In this document: piece by piece, positions 62,757 to 64,000 of the stretch
Numbering within the stretch: position 1 is the stretch's first letter
How the letters are laid out: each line of letters starts with the position of its first letter
Notes under the pieces: model-generated
Database searches by the model: none
Told to the model about the DNA's origin: nothing
What the model saw: the letters and a program-made list of their open reading frames with translations, nothing else
Translations under genes and position numbers: made by a program
Origin: Euprymna scolopes
Lineage: Eukaryota
Length of the DNA: 64,000 nucleotides
Assembly (NCBI GenBank): GCA_053919585.1
Contig: CM132795.1
Strand: one strand, 5' to 3'

Positions 62757-63023
62757 AAACTACGGTTGATTACTTATAGGCTGAAATGTTAACATTGGAT
62801 TTGAAGACAGGCAAGTTATAACCATCTGGAAAGCAGTCTCGCGGAAATGTCTTCAACGAGTGGGAAGTTTTTGTAAATAATTTACGTTAATAGAAATTTC
62901 GCCTAACGGAAGAGGGAAAGAAAATATTTTTCTCGTTTTTGTAGGAAGACAATTTCTTGCGCAGGATGACTTAAATGAAGTACCAAAGATTGAAGCTCAG
63001 CCTAACACATTCAATAGACATAA

Positions 63024-63070
<47 letters not shown>

Positions 63071-63147
63071 GGTAATTAGTAAAAACCTGAAGAAAGTGTT
63101 CAATACTATTGCAGAGCAAATATGCGTTTTATTTTTTTACCATTTTA

Positions 63148-63218
63148 TCTGTTTAGTTACACATGTTTCGGTTACCGAATCGTATTAGCGATCCAGTAAC
63201 CTCGTCAGACTTTACAGA
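63148..63218 (-). ncRNA. Type I hammerhead ribozyme (intact); mutated inverted copy at 63226-63296
   Basis: UCUGU-AA-AGU CUGACGA GGUUACUGGAUCG-cuaaua-CGAUUCGGUAACC GAAA C-augu-G UA^ ACU-AA-ACAGA: all core nucleotides and helices I-III present. Confidence 0.85.
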
Positions 63219-63439
63219 AAGGTTTTCTGTAACGTCTGACGAGATTACTGGATCGCTAATACGATTCGGTAGCCGAAACATGTTTAACTAAACAGATAAA
63301 ACGGTAAATATAAAATAAAACGTATATATTAGACATTAACATGAGATTATAGGTTTGTATAAATACCTGTTCACATACACCTTTTTACGATAAAGCTAGA
63401 ACCGAGAATTAGACAGAATCGAGCAATTGCATCGACAAC

Positions 63440-63498
63440 GGACAACGTCAGACCCAAAGTGGGTTTCGATGTATTGCATCTCATCAGCGACGTGCTCC
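63440..63498 (-). ncRNA. Type I hammerhead ribozyme (intact)
   Basis: ACGUCG CUGAUGA GAUG-caaua-CAUC GAAA CCCA-cuu-UGGG UC^ UGACGU. Confidence 0.9.
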
Positions 63499-63778
63499 GA
63501 CATAGGCGCGAACCCAGGTAGTCGCACTCATGAAATGTGCAATACTGACGACCTAACGATATGGGCCACGGCGCAATCTATTGGCCATGCCTCGATTTTT
63601 AAATTCTTATATTTTTATCCAGTTCTACATTCTACGATGTGACAAGCAACGCGTCATATACAACCAAGATAGTTACTGCTGGTATGCAGGCGGCAGATAT
63701 CCATCTACATATTAACTGACTTAGGTCGTCAGTATTGCACATTTCATGAGTGCGATGACCTGGGTTCGCGCCTATGTC

Positions 63779-63837
63779 GGAGCACGTCACTGATGAGATG
63801 CAGTACATCGAAACCCACTTTGGGTCTGGCGTTGTCC
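63779..63837 (+). ncRNA. Type I hammerhead ribozyme (intact)
   Basis: ACGUCA CUGAUGA GAUG-cagua-CAUC GAAA CCCA-cuu-UGGG UC^ UGGCGU. Confidence 0.9.
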
Positions 63838-63911
63838 GTTGTCGATGCAATTGCTCGATTCTGTCTAATTCTGGGTTCTAGCTTTATCGTAAAAAGGTGT
63901 ACGTGGACGGG

Positions 63912-63975
<64 letters not shown>

Positions 63976-64000
63976 AGATTTATAACAGAATAGACATTTC

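Larger units (their letters stand above)
63358..63919. mobile_element. Inverted pair of tRNA-headed, hammerhead-bearing SINE/retrozyme-like elements (arms 63358-63556 and 63721-63919)
   Basis: ~200-bp inverted arms; A-box-like TGGCCCATATCG (left copy only) and B-box-like GGTTCGCGCC immediately 5' of the hammerhead. Confidence 0.7.

Noticed and set aside
63494-63575. Genuine tRNA (including tRNA-Sec because of a TTCA loop)
   Set aside because: Acceptor mismatch, non-canonical arms and T-loop; better read as a SINE head
63427-63850. Duplicated 71-72 aa ORFs
   Set aside because: By-product of the inverted repeat; antisense to the hammerheads

Overview
A repeat-dense, AT-rich window from an invertebrate animal genome, with two assembly gaps (12482-12803, 48001-48152). 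I found no clear multi-exon host gene; most of the interpretable sequence is transposon-derived. Main elements: (1) a Helentron-type Helitron complex (3031-10742) whose truncated Rep/PIF1-helicase reading frame runs into a USP/peptidase-C19 deubiquitinase-like domain; (2) an intact single-ORF CR1-group LINE (APE+RT, 42904-45819) inserted into a Penelope-like element, plus several truncated relatives; (3) a decayed RTE LINE flanked by non-autonomous RTE-derived repeats; (4) a decayed Gypsy element with its 5' LTR and PBS, and a solo LTR with a 4-bp TSD; (5) Tc1/mariner, Merlin and non-autonomous Helitron remnants. The most striking signals are non-coding RNA elements. One is a tandem array of a 383-bp GC-rich unit made almost entirely of hairpins, with compensatory substitutions between copies (16918-18052). 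Another is a U2-snRNA-headed element (58983-59248) that ends in the same covarying 3' module (CUUGU-loop hairpin + stem + AAAUA) and folds back over the U2 branch-point recognition sequence. There are also canonical type I hammerhead ribozymes in inverted pairs, one pair directly behind a tRNA-like Pol III head (63119-63919). All structures were read by eye and no searches were run.
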